Both the position numbers and the translations under genes were made by a program. Shown piece after piece: positions 8,693 to 20,457 of a DNA stretch of 64,000 nt. Location of the stretch: the NCBI GenBank assembly GCA_035577965.1, contig DATJYX010000131.1:14629-78628 (forward strand), read 5' to 3'. The DNA comes from Vicinamibacteria bacterium. Its GTDB lineage: Bacteria; Acidobacteriota; Vicinamibacteria; Fen-336. The first letter of the stretch is position 1. Each line of letters opens with the position of its first letter. Below the pieces are notes generated by a model. That model was not told where the DNA came from and searched no databases. It saw nothing but the letters and a program-made list of their open reading frames with translations.

Positions 8693-10654
8693 TTGCGGCT
8701 CATGCTGCTCGCCCTCTCGATCTCGCTCTGGAGCCTCGTGGTCGGCATCCGCCTCGTCCACCTCCAGGTGCTCGGGCGCGAGTTCTTCGTGCAGCAGGGC
8801 GCGCGGCAGAGCGAGCGCACGCTGAACCTCGACCCCCGCCGGGGCCCGATCCTCGATCGCTCCGGCCGGCCCCTCGCGGTGTCCGTCGACGCGGAGAGCC
8901 TCTACGCGGTGCCCCAGGACGTCACCGACCCCCAGGCCGCCGCCGCCGCCCTCGCCCGCGCCCTCTCCCTCGACGCGGCCGGCCGGCGCGAGGTGCTGGC
9001 GAAGCTCCAGCAGCGGAGCCGCGCGTTCGCCTGGGTCCAGCGCAAGGTCGACCCCACGACCGCCCGGCGCGTCCGCGAGCTGCAGCTCGAGGGAGTGGGC
9101 TTCCTGACCGAGCACCGGCGGTACTACCCGCAGCGCGAGCTCGCCTCCCACGTGCTCGGCTACGTCGGCCTCGACGACGCGGGCATGTACGGGATCGAGT
9201 ACGCGTTCGAGAAGGAGATCCGCGGCCGCGCCGCGAAGGTGGTCGTCCACACCGACGCCCGGCGCCGGCCGGTCGCCCAGACCGAGCGGCCCTCGACCGA
9301 CGGGTCGACGATCGTTCTCGCCCTCGACGAGGCGATCCAGCACGTGGCCGAGCGCGAGCTCGAGCGCTCGATGGCGGAGACGCAGGCCGCCTCGGGGTGG
9401 GTGATCGCGGTGGAGCCGTTCTCGGGGGAGATCCTGGCCCTGGCCGGGCGGCCGACCTTCAACCCGAACCGCTACGGCGCCTACCCGACCTCGCGGTGGC
9501 GGAACAGCGCCGTCTCCGACGTGTTCGAGCCGGGCAGCGTCTTCAAGATCGTCACCGCCGCGGCCGGGATCCAGGAGAACGTGGTGGCCCCGGGGGAGGT
9601 CCTCGACTGCGGCCACGGCAGGATCGAGATCGCCGGCATCGTGATCAACGACCACGCGGTGTTCGACCGGCTGACCTTCGCCCAGGCGGTCACGAAGTCG
9701 AGCGACATCGGGATGATCCGGGTCGCCCAGCGTCTCGGCCGCGACAACTTCGTGCGCTACGTTAGGAGCTTCGGCTTCGGGGCCCCGACCGGGGTCGACC
9801 TGCCCGGCGAGTCGGCCGGCCTCCTCCGTCCCGTTGCCCGCTGGAGCGCGCTCTCCCTGCCCTCGATGTCCTTCGGCCAGGAGATCGGGGTCACCGCCCT
9901 CCAGATCACCATGGCCGCGGCCGCGGTGGCGAACGGCGGCTACCTGATGAAGCCGATCGTGGTGAAGCGGATCGAGGACTCCGACGGGCGGCTCGTCCGG
10001 GAGACGAAGCCGCTCGTCGAGCGCCGCGTGCTCGAGCCCGCCACCGTCGACACCCTCACCGAGATCCTGCGCGCCGTCGTCCGCGAGGGCACCGGCCACC
10101 GGGCCGCGGTGCCCGGCTACGTGGTGGCGGGCAAGACCGGAACCGCCCAGAAGATCGACGCGACGGGCCGCTACTCCCCGGTCGACCACGTGGCCTCGTT
10201 CGTCGGGTGGGCGCCGGCCTCGCATCCTGCCCTCGCCATCCTCGCCTCGCTCGACAGCCCGCGCGGGGCGGCCACCCAGGGCGGCGACGTCGCGGCGCCC
10301 CTCTTCGCGCGCGTGGCGGAGGCCGCGCTGCGCATCCTGGCCGTCCCGCCCGACGAGCCGGGCCGCGTCCTGCGCGCCGTCGCCACCCTCCCCGACGGCG
10401 TCGTGGCCGCCGCCTATCGGCCGCAGGGGCGGACGCGGCCCGAGGCGGCCCCGCCCGCCGAGGAGCCCGGCCTCATGCCCGACCTCATGGGCCGCTCGGC
10501 GCGCGAGGCGGCGATCGCCGCCGCCCGCCGCGGCCTCGCCGTCGAGCTGCGCGGCTCGGGCCGCGTGGTGGCCCAGAGCCCGGGAGCCGGTGAGGAGATC
10601 GAGCCCGGCGCCACGTGCGTCCTCACCCTGGGGCGGGAGGAGGCGCAACGGTGA
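8693..10654 (+). CDS. ftsI: peptidoglycan D,D-transpeptidase FtsI (PBP3) with C-terminal PASTA domain
   Basis: Dimerisation plus transpeptidase domain, plus C-terminal PASTA (GRSAREAAIAAARRGLAVELRGSGRVV). Confidence 0.9.
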   Translation: MRLMLLALSISLWSLVVGIRLVHLQVLGREFFVQQGARQSERTLNLDPRRGPILDRSGRPLAVSVDAESLYAVPQDVTDPQAAAAALARALSLDAAGRREVLAKLQQRSRAFAWVQRKVDPTTARRVRELQLEGVGFLTEHRRYYPQRELASHVLGYVGLDDAGMYGIEYAFEKEIRGRAAKVVVHTDARRRPVAQTERPSTDGSTIVLALDEAIQHVAERELERSMAETQAASGWVIAVEPFSGEILALAGRPTFNPNRYGAYPTSRWRNSAVSDVFEPGSVFKIVTAAAGIQENVVAPGEVLDCGHGRIEIAGIVINDHAVFDRLTFAQAVTKSSDIGMIRVAQRLGRDNFVRYVRSFGFGAPTGVDLPGESAGLLRPVARWSALSLPSMSFGQEIGVTALQITMAAAAVANGGYLMKPIVVKRIEDSDGRLVRETKPLVERRVLEPATVDTLTEILRAVVREGTGHRAAVPGYVVAGKTGTAQKIDATGRYSPVDHVASFVGWAPASHPALAILASLDSPRGAATQGGDVAAPLFARVAEAALRILAVPPDEPGRVLRAVATLPDGVVAAAYRPQGRTRPEAAPPAEEPGLMPDLMGRSAREAAIAAARRGLAVELRGSGRVVAQSPGAGEEIEPGATCVLTLGREEAQR

Positions 10655-12123
10655 GGCTCCTCGACCTCCTCGCGCGGCTCCCCGGCGCGGAGCTCCACGG
10701 CGAGCCCGAGATCGACGTCCGGGACGTCACCCACGACTCGCGCCGGGCGGGGCCGGGGTCGCTCTTCGTCGCGATCGCAGGCCTCGTCGCCGACGGGAAC
10801 GAGTTCGTGGAGGCGGCGCGCCGGAAGGGCGCGGTCGCGGTCTGCTCCGAGCGGCCGCCCGCGGGAGAGGGCACGTGGGTGCGGGTCGCGGACGCGCGGG
10901 AGGCGCTGGCCACGCTCGCCGCCGCGATCCTCGGGGATCCCGCGCGCTCCATCGAGCTCGTGGGGGTCACCGGCACGAACGGCAAGACGACCACCACCTA
11001 CCTCGTCGACTCCGCCCTCCGCGCGGCCGGGGAGAGGGCGGGCCTCCTCGGCACCGTCGAGTATCGGGTGGGCGACCGCATCGCCGAGTCGGCGCGCACG
11101 ACGCCGGAGTCCTCCGACCTCCAGGCCCTCCTCCGCGAGATGGTGGACGCCGGCTGCCGGCGAGCGGTGCTCGAGGTCTCCTCGCATTCCCTGGCCCTGA
11201 AGAGGGTCCACGGCCTCGAGTTCCGGGTGGCCGTCTTCACGAACCTCACCCGCGACCACCTCGACTACCACGGCGACATGGACGCCTACTTCGCCGCCAA
11301 GCGGCTGCTCTTCGAGCGCCACCTCCGCCCGGACGGCCACGCCGTCCTCAATCTCGACGACGACCGCGCCATGGACCTCGCGGCGGCGGCCCGAGGGAGG
11401 GTCTGGACGTACTCCCTCGAGAACCCCAAGGCGGACCTCCTCGCCGAGACCGTCCGCCTCTCCCTCGACGGCACGCGCTTCCGCGCCCGGACCCCCGCCG
11501 GCGCTCTCGACGTGGAGACCTCGCTCGTGGGGGCCTTCAACGTGCAGAACGCCCTCGCCGCGCTCGGGGCCGGCCTCGCGCTCGGCCTCCCCGTGGACGC
11601 GGTGCAGCGCGGCATCGCCGCCCTCAAGGGCGTGCCCGGCCGGATGGAGCGTGTCGTCGCCGGCCAGGACTTCACCGTGATCGTGGACTACGCGCACACC
11701 GACGACGCGCTCAAGAACCTGCTCGAGACCGTGCGCGGGCTCAGGCCCCGCCGCGTCATCACCGTTTTCGGCTGCGGGGGCGACCGCGACCGCAGCAAGC
11801 GCCCGCTCATGGGGGCGGTGGCGGCGCGGCTCTCCGACGTCGTGATCCTCACCTCCGACAACCCCCGGAGCGAGCCGCCGGAGGCGATCATCGACGAGAT
11901 TCGGCGGGGGATCCCGGCCGCCGCCGAGGCCCTGGTCGTCGCCGACCGGCGCGACGCCATCGCCCGCGCGCTCGAGATGGGCCGGGAAGGCGTGGTAGTG
12001 GTGATCGCGGGCAAGGGCCACGAGCTCTACCAGGTGCTGCGCGACCGCACGGTGCCGTTCGACGACCGCCAGGTGGCGCGCGACATTCTCGCCCGCCTCG
12101 CCGGGGCGGGAGGGAAGAGGTGA
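10651..12123 (+). CDS. murE: UDP-N-acetylmuramoyl-L-alanyl-D-glutamate--2,6-diaminopimelate ligase
   Basis: GVTGTNGKTTTTYL, Mur ligase domains. GTG start overlapping ftsI stop (GTGA). Confidence 0.9.
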   Translation: MRLLDLLARLPGAELHGEPEIDVRDVTHDSRRAGPGSLFVAIAGLVADGNEFVEAARRKGAVAVCSERPPAGEGTWVRVADAREALATLAAAILGDPARSIELVGVTGTNGKTTTTYLVDSALRAAGERAGLLGTVEYRVGDRIAESARTTPESSDLQALLREMVDAGCRRAVLEVSSHSLALKRVHGLEFRVAVFTNLTRDHLDYHGDMDAYFAAKRLLFERHLRPDGHAVLNLDDDRAMDLAAAARGRVWTYSLENPKADLLAETVRLSLDGTRFRARTPAGALDVETSLVGAFNVQNALAALGAGLALGLPVDAVQRGIAALKGVPGRMERVVAGQDFTVIVDYAHTDDALKNLLETVRGLRPRRVITVFGCGGDRDRSKRPLMGAVAARLSDVVILTSDNPRSEPPEAIIDEIRRGIPAAAEALVVADRRDAIARALEMGREGVVVVIAGKGHELYQVLRDRTVPFDDRQVARDILARLAGAGGKR

Positions 12124-13526
12124 CCGGGATGGCGCTCCGCGCGGCCCTCACCCTGGCCGACGTCCTCGCCGGCACCGGCGGCGCGCTCGCCGTCCCCGCT
12201 CGGCCCGACCTCGCCCTCACCACGGTCTCGATCGACTCCCGCACCCTCGAGGCGGGCGCGCTCTTCGTCGCGGTGAAGGGGCCGACTTTCGACGGTCACG
12301 ACTTCCTCGCCGAGGCCGCGGCGAGAGGCGCCCGAGCCGCCCTCGTCCAGCGCGACGTGGCCAAGGCCGCGGGCCTCGCCATCGTGCGGGTGCCGGACAC
12401 GGTGAAGGGTCTCTCCGACCTCGCCCGCCACGTGCGTCGGCAAGCCGCGATCCCGATCGTCGGCCTGACGGGGTCGGTCGGCAAGACGACCACGAAGGAC
12501 ATGACGGCGCACCTCCTCGCCACGCAGGGGCCGGTGCTGAAGACCGAAGGGAACCTCAACAACCAGTACGGCCTGCCCCTGACCCTGCTGCGCCTCCGTC
12601 CGGAGCACGTGGCCGCGGTCCTGGAGATGGGAATGTCCGCCCCCGGCGAGATCCGCGCCCTCTCCGACCTCGCCGAGCCCGACGTGGCCGCGATCACCCG
12701 GGTGGCCCCCGTCCACCTCGAGTTCTTCCCCTCGGTCGACGCGATCGCCGACGCCAAGGCCGAGATCCTCGAGGGGCTGCGGCCCGGGGGCGCGGCCGTC
12801 CTCAACGGCGACGATCCCCGGCTCCGGGCGATCGGCGAGCGGTTCCGCGGGCGCGTGGTGTGGTTCGGACGCGACGCGCGCTTCGAGGTCTCGGCCGGAG
12901 CCGTGCGCGCCACCGCCTCCGGGACCACCTTCGACCTGGGCGTCGGCGGGCGGACGGTCGACGTGGCGCTGCCCCTCGCCGGCCCGCACTTCGTCGAGGA
13001 CTTCCTCGCCGCCGCCGCCGTGGCGCACGTCCTCGGCGTGGCGCCGGAGGCGATGGCCGAAGCCGCGGCCTCGCTGCGCGCGGCCCGGCACCGGGGCGAG
13101 CTCCTCCGGCTGGGCCGGGAGGTCACCGTCCTCGACGACTGCTACAACTCCTCGCCCGAGGCCCTCGAGGCGGCGGTCGAGGCCCTCTCCCTCGTGCCGG
13201 GACGCCGCCGGGTGGCCGTTCTCGGCGACATGCTCGAGCTCGGGCCGACCGCCGGCGCTCTCCACCGCGCGGCCGGCCGCTCCCTCGCCGGCCGGGTGGA
13301 GGCGGTCTTCGGCGTGGGGCCGCTCGCGGCCGGGATCGTCGAGGGCGCCCGCGAGGCGGGGATGGAGCCGGGCGCGCTCCTCCACTTCGCGGCGACCGGC
13401 GACGCGGCGGCCGCGCTGCCCGACCTCGTCCGCCCCGGGGATGCGGTGCTCGTGAAGGCCTCGCGCGGCATGAGGCTCGAGGCGGTGGTCGAAGCGCTCG
13501 TCGCCCGGTTCGGAGAGGAGGCGTAG
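12120..13526 (+). CDS. murF: UDP-N-acetylmuramoyl-tripeptide--D-alanyl-D-alanine ligase
   Basis: [14 protein letters not shown], Mur ligase. The 978-aa track ORF is a read-through frame; true start is at the GTGA overlap with the murE stop. Confidence 0.9.
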   Translation: MTGMALRAALTLADVLAGTGGALAVPARPDLALTTVSIDSRTLEAGALFVAVKGPTFDGHDFLAEAAARGARAALVQRDVAKAAGLAIVRVPDTVKGLSDLARHVRRQAAIPIVGLTGSVGKTTTKDMTAHLLATQGPVLKTEGNLNNQYGLPLTLLRLRPEHVAAVLEMGMSAPGEIRALSDLAEPDVAAITRVAPVHLEFFPSVDAIADAKAEILEGLRPGGAAVLNGDDPRLRAIGERFRGRVVWFGRDARFEVSAGAVRATASGTTFDLGVGGRTVDVALPLAGPHFVEDFLAAAAVAHVLGVAPEAMAEAAASLRAARHRGELLRLGREVTVLDDCYNSSPEALEAAVEALSLVPGRRRVAVLGDMLELGPTAGALHRAAGRSLAGRVEAVFGVGPLAAGIVEGAREAGMEPGALLHFAATGDAAAALPDLVRPGDAVLVKASRGMRLEAVVEALVARFGEEA

Positions 13527-13527
13527 C

Positions 13528-14619
13528 GTGCTCTTCCACCTCCTCTACGCGCTGCGCAGCCAGCTGTCGCTCCTGAACGTCACGCACTACATCACCTTCC
13601 GGACCGCCATGGCGAGCCTCACCGCGCTCTTCCTCGTCCTCCTCCTGGGGCCGTGGATGATCGAGCGGCTGCGGCGACTGCAGATCGGCCAGCACATCCG
13701 CGAGGAGGGACCGCAGGCCCACAAGGCGAAGGCGGGGACGCCGACCATGGGCGGCGTCCTGATCCTCGTCGGCATCCTCGTGCCCACCCTCCTGTGGGCC
13801 GACCTCACGAACCTCAAGATCTGGATCGTGGTCCTGGCCACGGTCGCCTTCGGGGCGATCGGCTTCGCCGACGACTACCTGAAGGTCGCGAAGAAGAGGA
13901 GCCTCGGCCTCACCGCGCGCAACAAGCTCCTCGGCCAGCTCGCGGTGAGCCTCGCCGTGGGCCTCGCCGTCTATCTCCTCGCCCGCGTCGAGCCCCGCGA
14001 GTACTCGACCCGGGTCGTCTTCCCGTTCTTCAAGCAGGTCGTGCCCGACCTCGGGGTGCTCTACGTCGCCTTCGCCGTCCTCCTGCTCACCCTCTCGAGC
14101 AACGCGGTGAACCTCACCGACGGTCTCGACGGCCTCGCCATCGGCACCACCCTCGTGGCCGCGGCCGCCTTCACCGGCCTCGCCTACGTCTCCGGCCACG
14201 CCCGCTTCGCCGACTACCTCGACCTCCTCTTCCGCCCCGGCGCCGGCGAGCTGACCGTCTTCTGCGGGGCGATGGTGGGGGCGTCGATGGGCTTCCTGTG
14301 GTGGAACTGCTACCCGGCCCAGGTCTTCATGGGCGACGTGGGCAGCCTCGCCCTCGGGGGTGCGCTCGGCACGGTGGCCATCCTGATCAAGCAGGAGCTG
14401 CTGCTCTTCGTGGTCGGGGGCCTCTTCATGATCGAGGCCTTCTCGGTGATCCTGCAGGTCGCGTCCTTCCGGCTCACCGGCCGGCGCGTCTTCCGCATGT
14501 CGCCGCTCCACCACCACTTCGAGCTCGTGGGCTGGAAGGAGCCGCAGATCATCATCCGGTTCTGGATCGTGGCCTTCGTCTTCGCCCTCTTCAGCCTGAT
14601 GACCCTGAAGCTCAGGTAG
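13528..14619 (+). CDS. mraY: phospho-N-acetylmuramoyl-pentapeptide transferase
   Basis: 363-aa polytopic membrane protein with [13 protein letters not shown] and [11 protein letters not shown] motifs. Confidence 0.95.
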   Translation: MLFHLLYALRSQLSLLNVTHYITFRTAMASLTALFLVLLLGPWMIERLRRLQIGQHIREEGPQAHKAKAGTPTMGGVLILVGILVPTLLWADLTNLKIWIVVLATVAFGAIGFADDYLKVAKKRSLGLTARNKLLGQLAVSLAVGLAVYLLARVEPREYSTRVVFPFFKQVVPDLGVLYVAFAVLLLTLSSNAVNLTDGLDGLAIGTTLVAAAAFTGLAYVSGHARFADYLDLLFRPGAGELTVFCGAMVGASMGFLWWNCYPAQVFMGDVGSLALGGALGTVAILIKQELLLFVVGGLFMIEAFSVILQVASFRLTGRRVFRMSPLHHHFELVGWKEPQIIIRFWIVAFVFALFSLMTLKLR

Positions 14620-14631
14620 GGCAAAGCGGGA

Positions 14632-16023
14632 ATGGAGGGAAGAGAGATCGTGGTGATCGGGCTCGCGCGGTCGGGGATCGCGGCCGCGGAGTTCCTCGCC
14701 CGGCGGGGGGTCGCCGTGGTGGCGGCGGACCGGAAGGGCGAAGCCGAGATCGGCGCCGAGGCCCTCGGCCTGCGCGCGCGAGGCGTGAGGCTCGAGCTCG
14801 GGCCGCACCGCGTCGAGACCTTCACCGGCGCCTCGATGGTCGTGGTGTCCCCCGGCGTGCCGTGGGAGCTGCCCGCGCTCGAGGCCGCGCGCGGGGCGGG
14901 CGTGCCCGTCGTCGCCGAGATCGAGCTCGCCTTCCGCCACCTCGAGGGGCGTCTGGCCGCGGTCACCGGCACCAAGGGCAAGTCCACCACCACCGCCGCG
15001 CTCGGCGCGATGCTGCGCGAGGCGGGCTTCGACGCCCGGGTGGGCGGCAACATCGGCTCGCCGCTCATCGGCCTCGTGGGGGGATCGACCCCGGCCACCA
15101 CCTTCGCGGTCGAGGTCTCGAGCTTCCAGCTCGAGGGCACGGTGCGCTTCCGCCCCCACGTCGCGGTGTGGCTCAACCTCACCCCCGACCATCTCGACCG
15201 CCATCCCTCGATCGAGGCCTACGTCGCGGCCAAGGCGCGGATCTTCGCGAACCAGGGGGGGGGCGACTGGGCGGTCGTGAACGCCGACGATCCCGTCGTG
15301 CTCGACGAAGCGCGCCGGGCCAGAGCCCGGAAGCTGCTCTTCCGCGTCACCGGCGAGCCGCTCGCCGGCGACGGCGCCTTCTTCGAGGGCGGCCGCGCGC
15401 GTCTGCGGAAGGACGGGCGCGAGGAGACGCTCTTCGTCCGGGAGGACGTGGTCCTGCCCGGGGCTCACCTCGCGGGCGACCTCCTCGTGGCCGCCGCGTC
15501 GGCGAGGCTCCTCGGCGCCCCGCCCGAGGCCATCGCCCGCGCCGCGCGGGGCTTCCGCGGGGTCGAGCACGTGCTCGAGCACGTGGCCACGGTCGGCGGC
15601 GTCGACTACTACGACGACTCGAAGGCCACGAACGTCGAGGCGGCCCGTCGCAGCATCGAGGCCTTCTCCCGCCCCGTGCTCGTGATCCTGGGCGGACGGT
15701 ACAAGGGAGGCGACTTCGGCGATCTCGCCCCCGCCCTGCGGGGCCGCGGTCGTCGCGTCCTGGCGATCGGCGAGGCCCGCGAGAGGGTGATGGAGGCGCT
15801 CCGGGGCGTCGTGCCCGCCGAGCCCTGCGCGTCGCTGCAGGAGGCGGTCGAGCGCGCCCGCGCCGCGGCCGAGCCGGGGGACGTCGTCCTCCTCGCTCCC
15901 GCCTGCTCCTCCTTCGACATGTTCCAGGACTACGCCGAGCGGGGCCGGGCGTTCAAGGCCGAGGTCCGGCGGCTCGCCGCCGAGGCCGGGGACGAAGGGC
16001 CGCGCGGAGGAGCCGGTGGCTAA
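14632..16023 (+). CDS. murD: UDP-N-acetylmuramoylalanine--D-glutamate ligase
   Basis: GLARSGIAAAEFL, GTKGKSTTTA, Mur ligase. Confidence 0.9.
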   Translation: MEGREIVVIGLARSGIAAAEFLARRGVAVVAADRKGEAEIGAEALGLRARGVRLELGPHRVETFTGASMVVVSPGVPWELPALEAARGAGVPVVAEIELAFRHLEGRLAAVTGTKGKSTTTAALGAMLREAGFDARVGGNIGSPLIGLVGGSTPATTFAVEVSSFQLEGTVRFRPHVAVWLNLTPDHLDRHPSIEAYVAAKARIFANQGGGDWAVVNADDPVVLDEARRARARKLLFRVTGEPLAGDGAFFEGGRARLRKDGREETLFVREDVVLPGAHLAGDLLVAAASARLLGAPPEAIARAARGFRGVEHVLEHVATVGGVDYYDDSKATNVEAARRSIEAFSRPVLVILGGRYKGGDFGDLAPALRGRGRRVLAIGEARERVMEALRGVVPAEPCASLQEAVERARAAAEPGDVVLLAPACSSFDMFQDYAERGRAFKAEVRRLAAEAGDEGPRGGAGG

Positions 16024-17104
16024 GAAGCTCAGCACCGACCTCCTCCTCCTCGGCGTGACGGTGGCCCTCCTCGGGTTCGGCCTCGTCATGGTGTGGAGCG
16101 CGTCCTCCGCCCTGGCCCAGGAGCGCTACGGGAGCCCGTACTACTTCCTCGTCAAGCAGGCCGCGTGGAGCGCGGTCGGCCTCGTGGGCATGGTGGCCGC
16201 GCTGCGGATCGACTACCGGACGCTGCGCCGCCCGGCCGTCGTCTACTCCCTCCTCCTCGCCTCGACCCTCCTCCTCATCGTGGTCCTCTTCCTGAAGCCG
16301 GTGAACGAGTCCCACCGCTGGGTCCGCCTCGGGGCGCTCTCCTTCCAGCCCGCCGAGCTCGCGAAGCTCTCGATCGTCCTCTTCCTCGCCTACTACATCG
16401 AGCGCCGCGCGGAGCGGCTGGGCGAGCTGGCGACCCTCTTCCCTGCGCTCCTCCTCGTCGGCTGGCTCGCCTTCCTCGTCCTCATCCAGCCCGACCTCGG
16501 CACCGCCTTCTGTCTCGTCCTCACCGGGGTGGTGATGCTCTACGCGGCGGGGGTGCGCTTCCGCTACTTCGCCGCGCTGGCCGTCCCCGCCGCCCTCGTC
16601 CTCTACGCCGCGGTCATGGCCGTGCCCTGGCGGCGGGTGCGCCTCGTCACGTTCTTCCACCCCTGGGCCGACCCGCAGGGGGCGGGTTACCAGGTCATCC
16701 AGAGCCTGATCGCGGTGGGCACCGGCGGGGTGACCGGGGTCGGGCTCATGGGGGGACGACAGAAGCTCTTCTACCTGCCCTACCCGTACAGCGACTTCAT
16801 CTTCGCCGTGATCGGCGAGGAGCTCGGCATGCTCGGCGCCCTCGCCGTGGTGCTGGCGTTCGTCGTCCTCCTCTGGCGCGGGCTGCGGGCGGCGTGGAGC
16901 GCCCCGGACGACTTCGGCCGCTTCCTCGCCGCCGGGCTGACCCTCTCCATCGTCTTCCAGGCCCTCATCAACGTCTCGGTCGTCCTCGGCCTCCTGCCCA
17001 CCAAGGGCATCCCCCTTCCGTTCATCAGCGCGGGCGGGTCGTCGCTCGTCTTCGCGCTCGCGGGCGTGGGCCTCGTGGCCAACGTCTCGCAGCACTCGGA
17101 CTGA
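16016..17104 (+). CDS. ftsW: peptidoglycan glycosyltransferase FtsW (SEDS family)
   Basis: 10-TM SEDS protein; FQPAELAKL and conserved C-terminal PLPFISAGGSS. Confidence 0.9.
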   Translation: MAKKLSTDLLLLGVTVALLGFGLVMVWSASSALAQERYGSPYYFLVKQAAWSAVGLVGMVAALRIDYRTLRRPAVVYSLLLASTLLLIVVLFLKPVNESHRWVRLGALSFQPAELAKLSIVLFLAYYIERRAERLGELATLFPALLLVGWLAFLVLIQPDLGTAFCLVLTGVVMLYAAGVRFRYFAALAVPAALVLYAAVMAVPWRRVRLVTFFHPWADPQGAGYQVIQSLIAVGTGGVTGVGLMGGRQKLFYLPYPYSDFIFAVIGEELGMLGALAVVLAFVVLLWRGLRAAWSAPDDFGRFLAAGLTLSIVFQALINVSVVLGLLPTKGIPLPFISAGGSSLVFALAGVGLVANVSQHSD

Positions 17105-17106
17105 CG

Positions 17107-18178
17107 ATGGCCCGAACCGTCCTCGTCGCGGCCGGCGGCACCGGCGGTCACCTCTTCCCGGGGATCGCGGTGGCGGACGAGCTCGTGCGCCGCGACGTTT
17201 CGACGCGCGTCGTCTTCGCCGGGACCGCGAAGGGCCTGGAGTCCAGGCTCGTGCCCCGGACCGGCCACGCCCTCGAGCGGCTGCCGATCCTCCCCCTCAA
17301 CGGAGTCGGCGTCCCGCGGATGCTGAAGGGCCTCCTCGTGCTGCCGTGGGGGCTCGTGTCCTCGGCGCTCCTCGTCCTCCGCCTCCGGCCGGCCGCGGTC
17401 CTCGGCATCGGCGGCTACGCCGGGGGGCCGGTCACCCTCCTCGCCGCTCTCCTCGGTGTGCGCGCGGTGATCCTGGAGCCGAACGCGAAGCCGGGCTTCA
17501 CGAACCGCGTGCTCAGGCCCTTCGTCCACGCCGCGGCGTGTGCCTACGAGGAGGCGAGGCAGGAGTTCGGGGCGAAGGGCGTCCTCACCGGGAACCCCGT
17601 GCGCGGAGGCTTCGCCTCGCTTCCCCGGAAGGAGCACCGCGAGCCGCTCACCCTCCTCGCGTTCGGAGGCAGCCAGGGCTCGCGCGTCCTCAACCGGGCC
17701 CTCGTGGCCGCGATGCCCCGCCTCCCGCGCGAGGAGCGGCTCCGCATCGTCCACCAGACCGGAGAGGCGATGCGGGACGAGGTGGAGGCGGCGTACCGCG
17801 CGGCCGGCCGCCCGGCCGAGGTGGTGGCGTTCCTCGACGACATGGAGACGCGCTTCGCCGCCGCCGACCTCGTCCTGTCGCGGAGCGGCGCCACGACCTG
17901 CGCCGAGCTCACGGTCGCGGGCAAGGCCTCGGTCCTCGTGCCCTTCGCGCTCGCTGCCGAGGGTCACCAGCTCCAGAACGCTCGGGCGCTCGAGGCGGCG
18001 GGAGCCGCGGTCGTGCTCGAGGAGAAGGGCCTCACCGGCGAGTCGCTCGCACGGACGGTGCTGGGGCTCGTCGACGCGCCGGGCGAGATCGCGGCCATGG
18101 AGGAGGCGGCGCGGGGGATGGGACGGCCCGACGCGGCGGCCCGGGTGGCCGATCTCCTGCTGAAGGCGGAGGCGACGC

Positions 18179-18186
<8 letters not shown>
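17107..18186 (+). CDS. murG: UDP-N-acetylglucosamine--N-acetylmuramyl-(pentapeptide) pyrophosphoryl-undecaprenol N-acetylglucosamine transferase
   Basis: [26 protein letters not shown]. The long 697-aa track ORF is trimmed to this start. Confidence 0.9.
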
Positions 18187-19548
<1,362 letters not shown>

Positions 19549-19552
<4 letters not shown>

Positions 19553-20445
19553 GCCGCCGCGGTGCCGGGCCGGGGCTCCCGGTGGGTCCGCCTCCCCCTG
19601 AGCTCATGGCCCTCCTCGGCCCCGAGGACCCGGAGGCGCGACCGAGGGGGTCCTTCGAGCCCTCGGCGGAGGAGCCGCCGTTCCTGCGCCTCCACCGGCG
19701 GGCGCGAGTGCGCCCCCGCCGCCGCGGCACGGCCGCCCGCGTCCTCCTCGTCGTCCAGGCCGCCGCGGTGGGCCTCGTCGCCGTCGTGGGCGCGTGGACG
19801 GCGTGGCAGCGCGTGTTCGCGAGCGAGCGGCTGCGGGTCGGGAAGCTCGAGGTGCGGGGCAGCCACTTCCTCTCCGAGGGCGAGGTGCGGGAGCTCGCCT
19901 CTCCGGCCGTGGGCGAGAACATCCTCGCCCTCGACATCGAGGCCTTGAAGGCGCGGCTGCGGGCCTCGCCCTGGGTGGCCGACGCCACCGTCACCCGCGC
20001 CCTCCCCGACACCGTCCGGGTGGAGATCCACGAGCGGGTGCCCCTCGCCCTCGCCGAGCTCGACCGGCTCTACCTCATGGACGCGGACGGCGGGCTCATC
20101 GACATCTACGGGCCCCGCACGGGTGCCTTCGACCTCCCCATCGTGCGCGGCCTCCTCGGCGTCGAGGAGGCCTCGCGCCGGGATCGCGCCCGTCGGGCGG
20201 GAGCGCTCCTCTCCGACCTCGCGGAGCTCGCGAGCGAGGTGTCCGAGGTGTACGTGGAGGCCTCGGGCGACCTGCGCGTCGTGCTGAAGGGCCCCGGGGA
20301 GGTGCTGCTCTTCGGCGACCCGCCCTACCGACAGCGTCTCGTCACGTTCCTGAGCCTGCGCCGGGAGCTCGCGGAGAAGGCCCCCGGCGCCGAGCACTTC
20401 GACCTGCGGTTCCGCGGCCGCATCTACGCGAAGCGGGTCCACTAG
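19549..20445 (+). CDS. ftsQ: cell division protein FtsQ (POTRA domain)
   Basis: ATGA overlap with murC. TM segment then POTRA-like [19 protein letters not shown]. Confidence 0.7.
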
Positions 20446-20457
20446 GAGGGAGCCCTG

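Noticed and set aside
8321-10648. 775-aa minus-strand ORF antisense to ftsI
   Set aside because: GC-driven open frame. ftsI on the plus strand is unambiguous.
10590-13526. 978-aa plus-strand ORF, and similarly 16093..18186
   Set aside because: These are read-through frames upstream of the real murF and murG starts that run through the preceding gene in another frame. They were trimmed to the conserved N-termini at 12120 and 17107.
13123-16089. 988-aa minus-strand ORF antisense to murF, mraY and murD
   Set aside because: No homology, extreme Arg/Gly/Pro content. The sense strand encodes three well-conserved Mur/MraY proteins.
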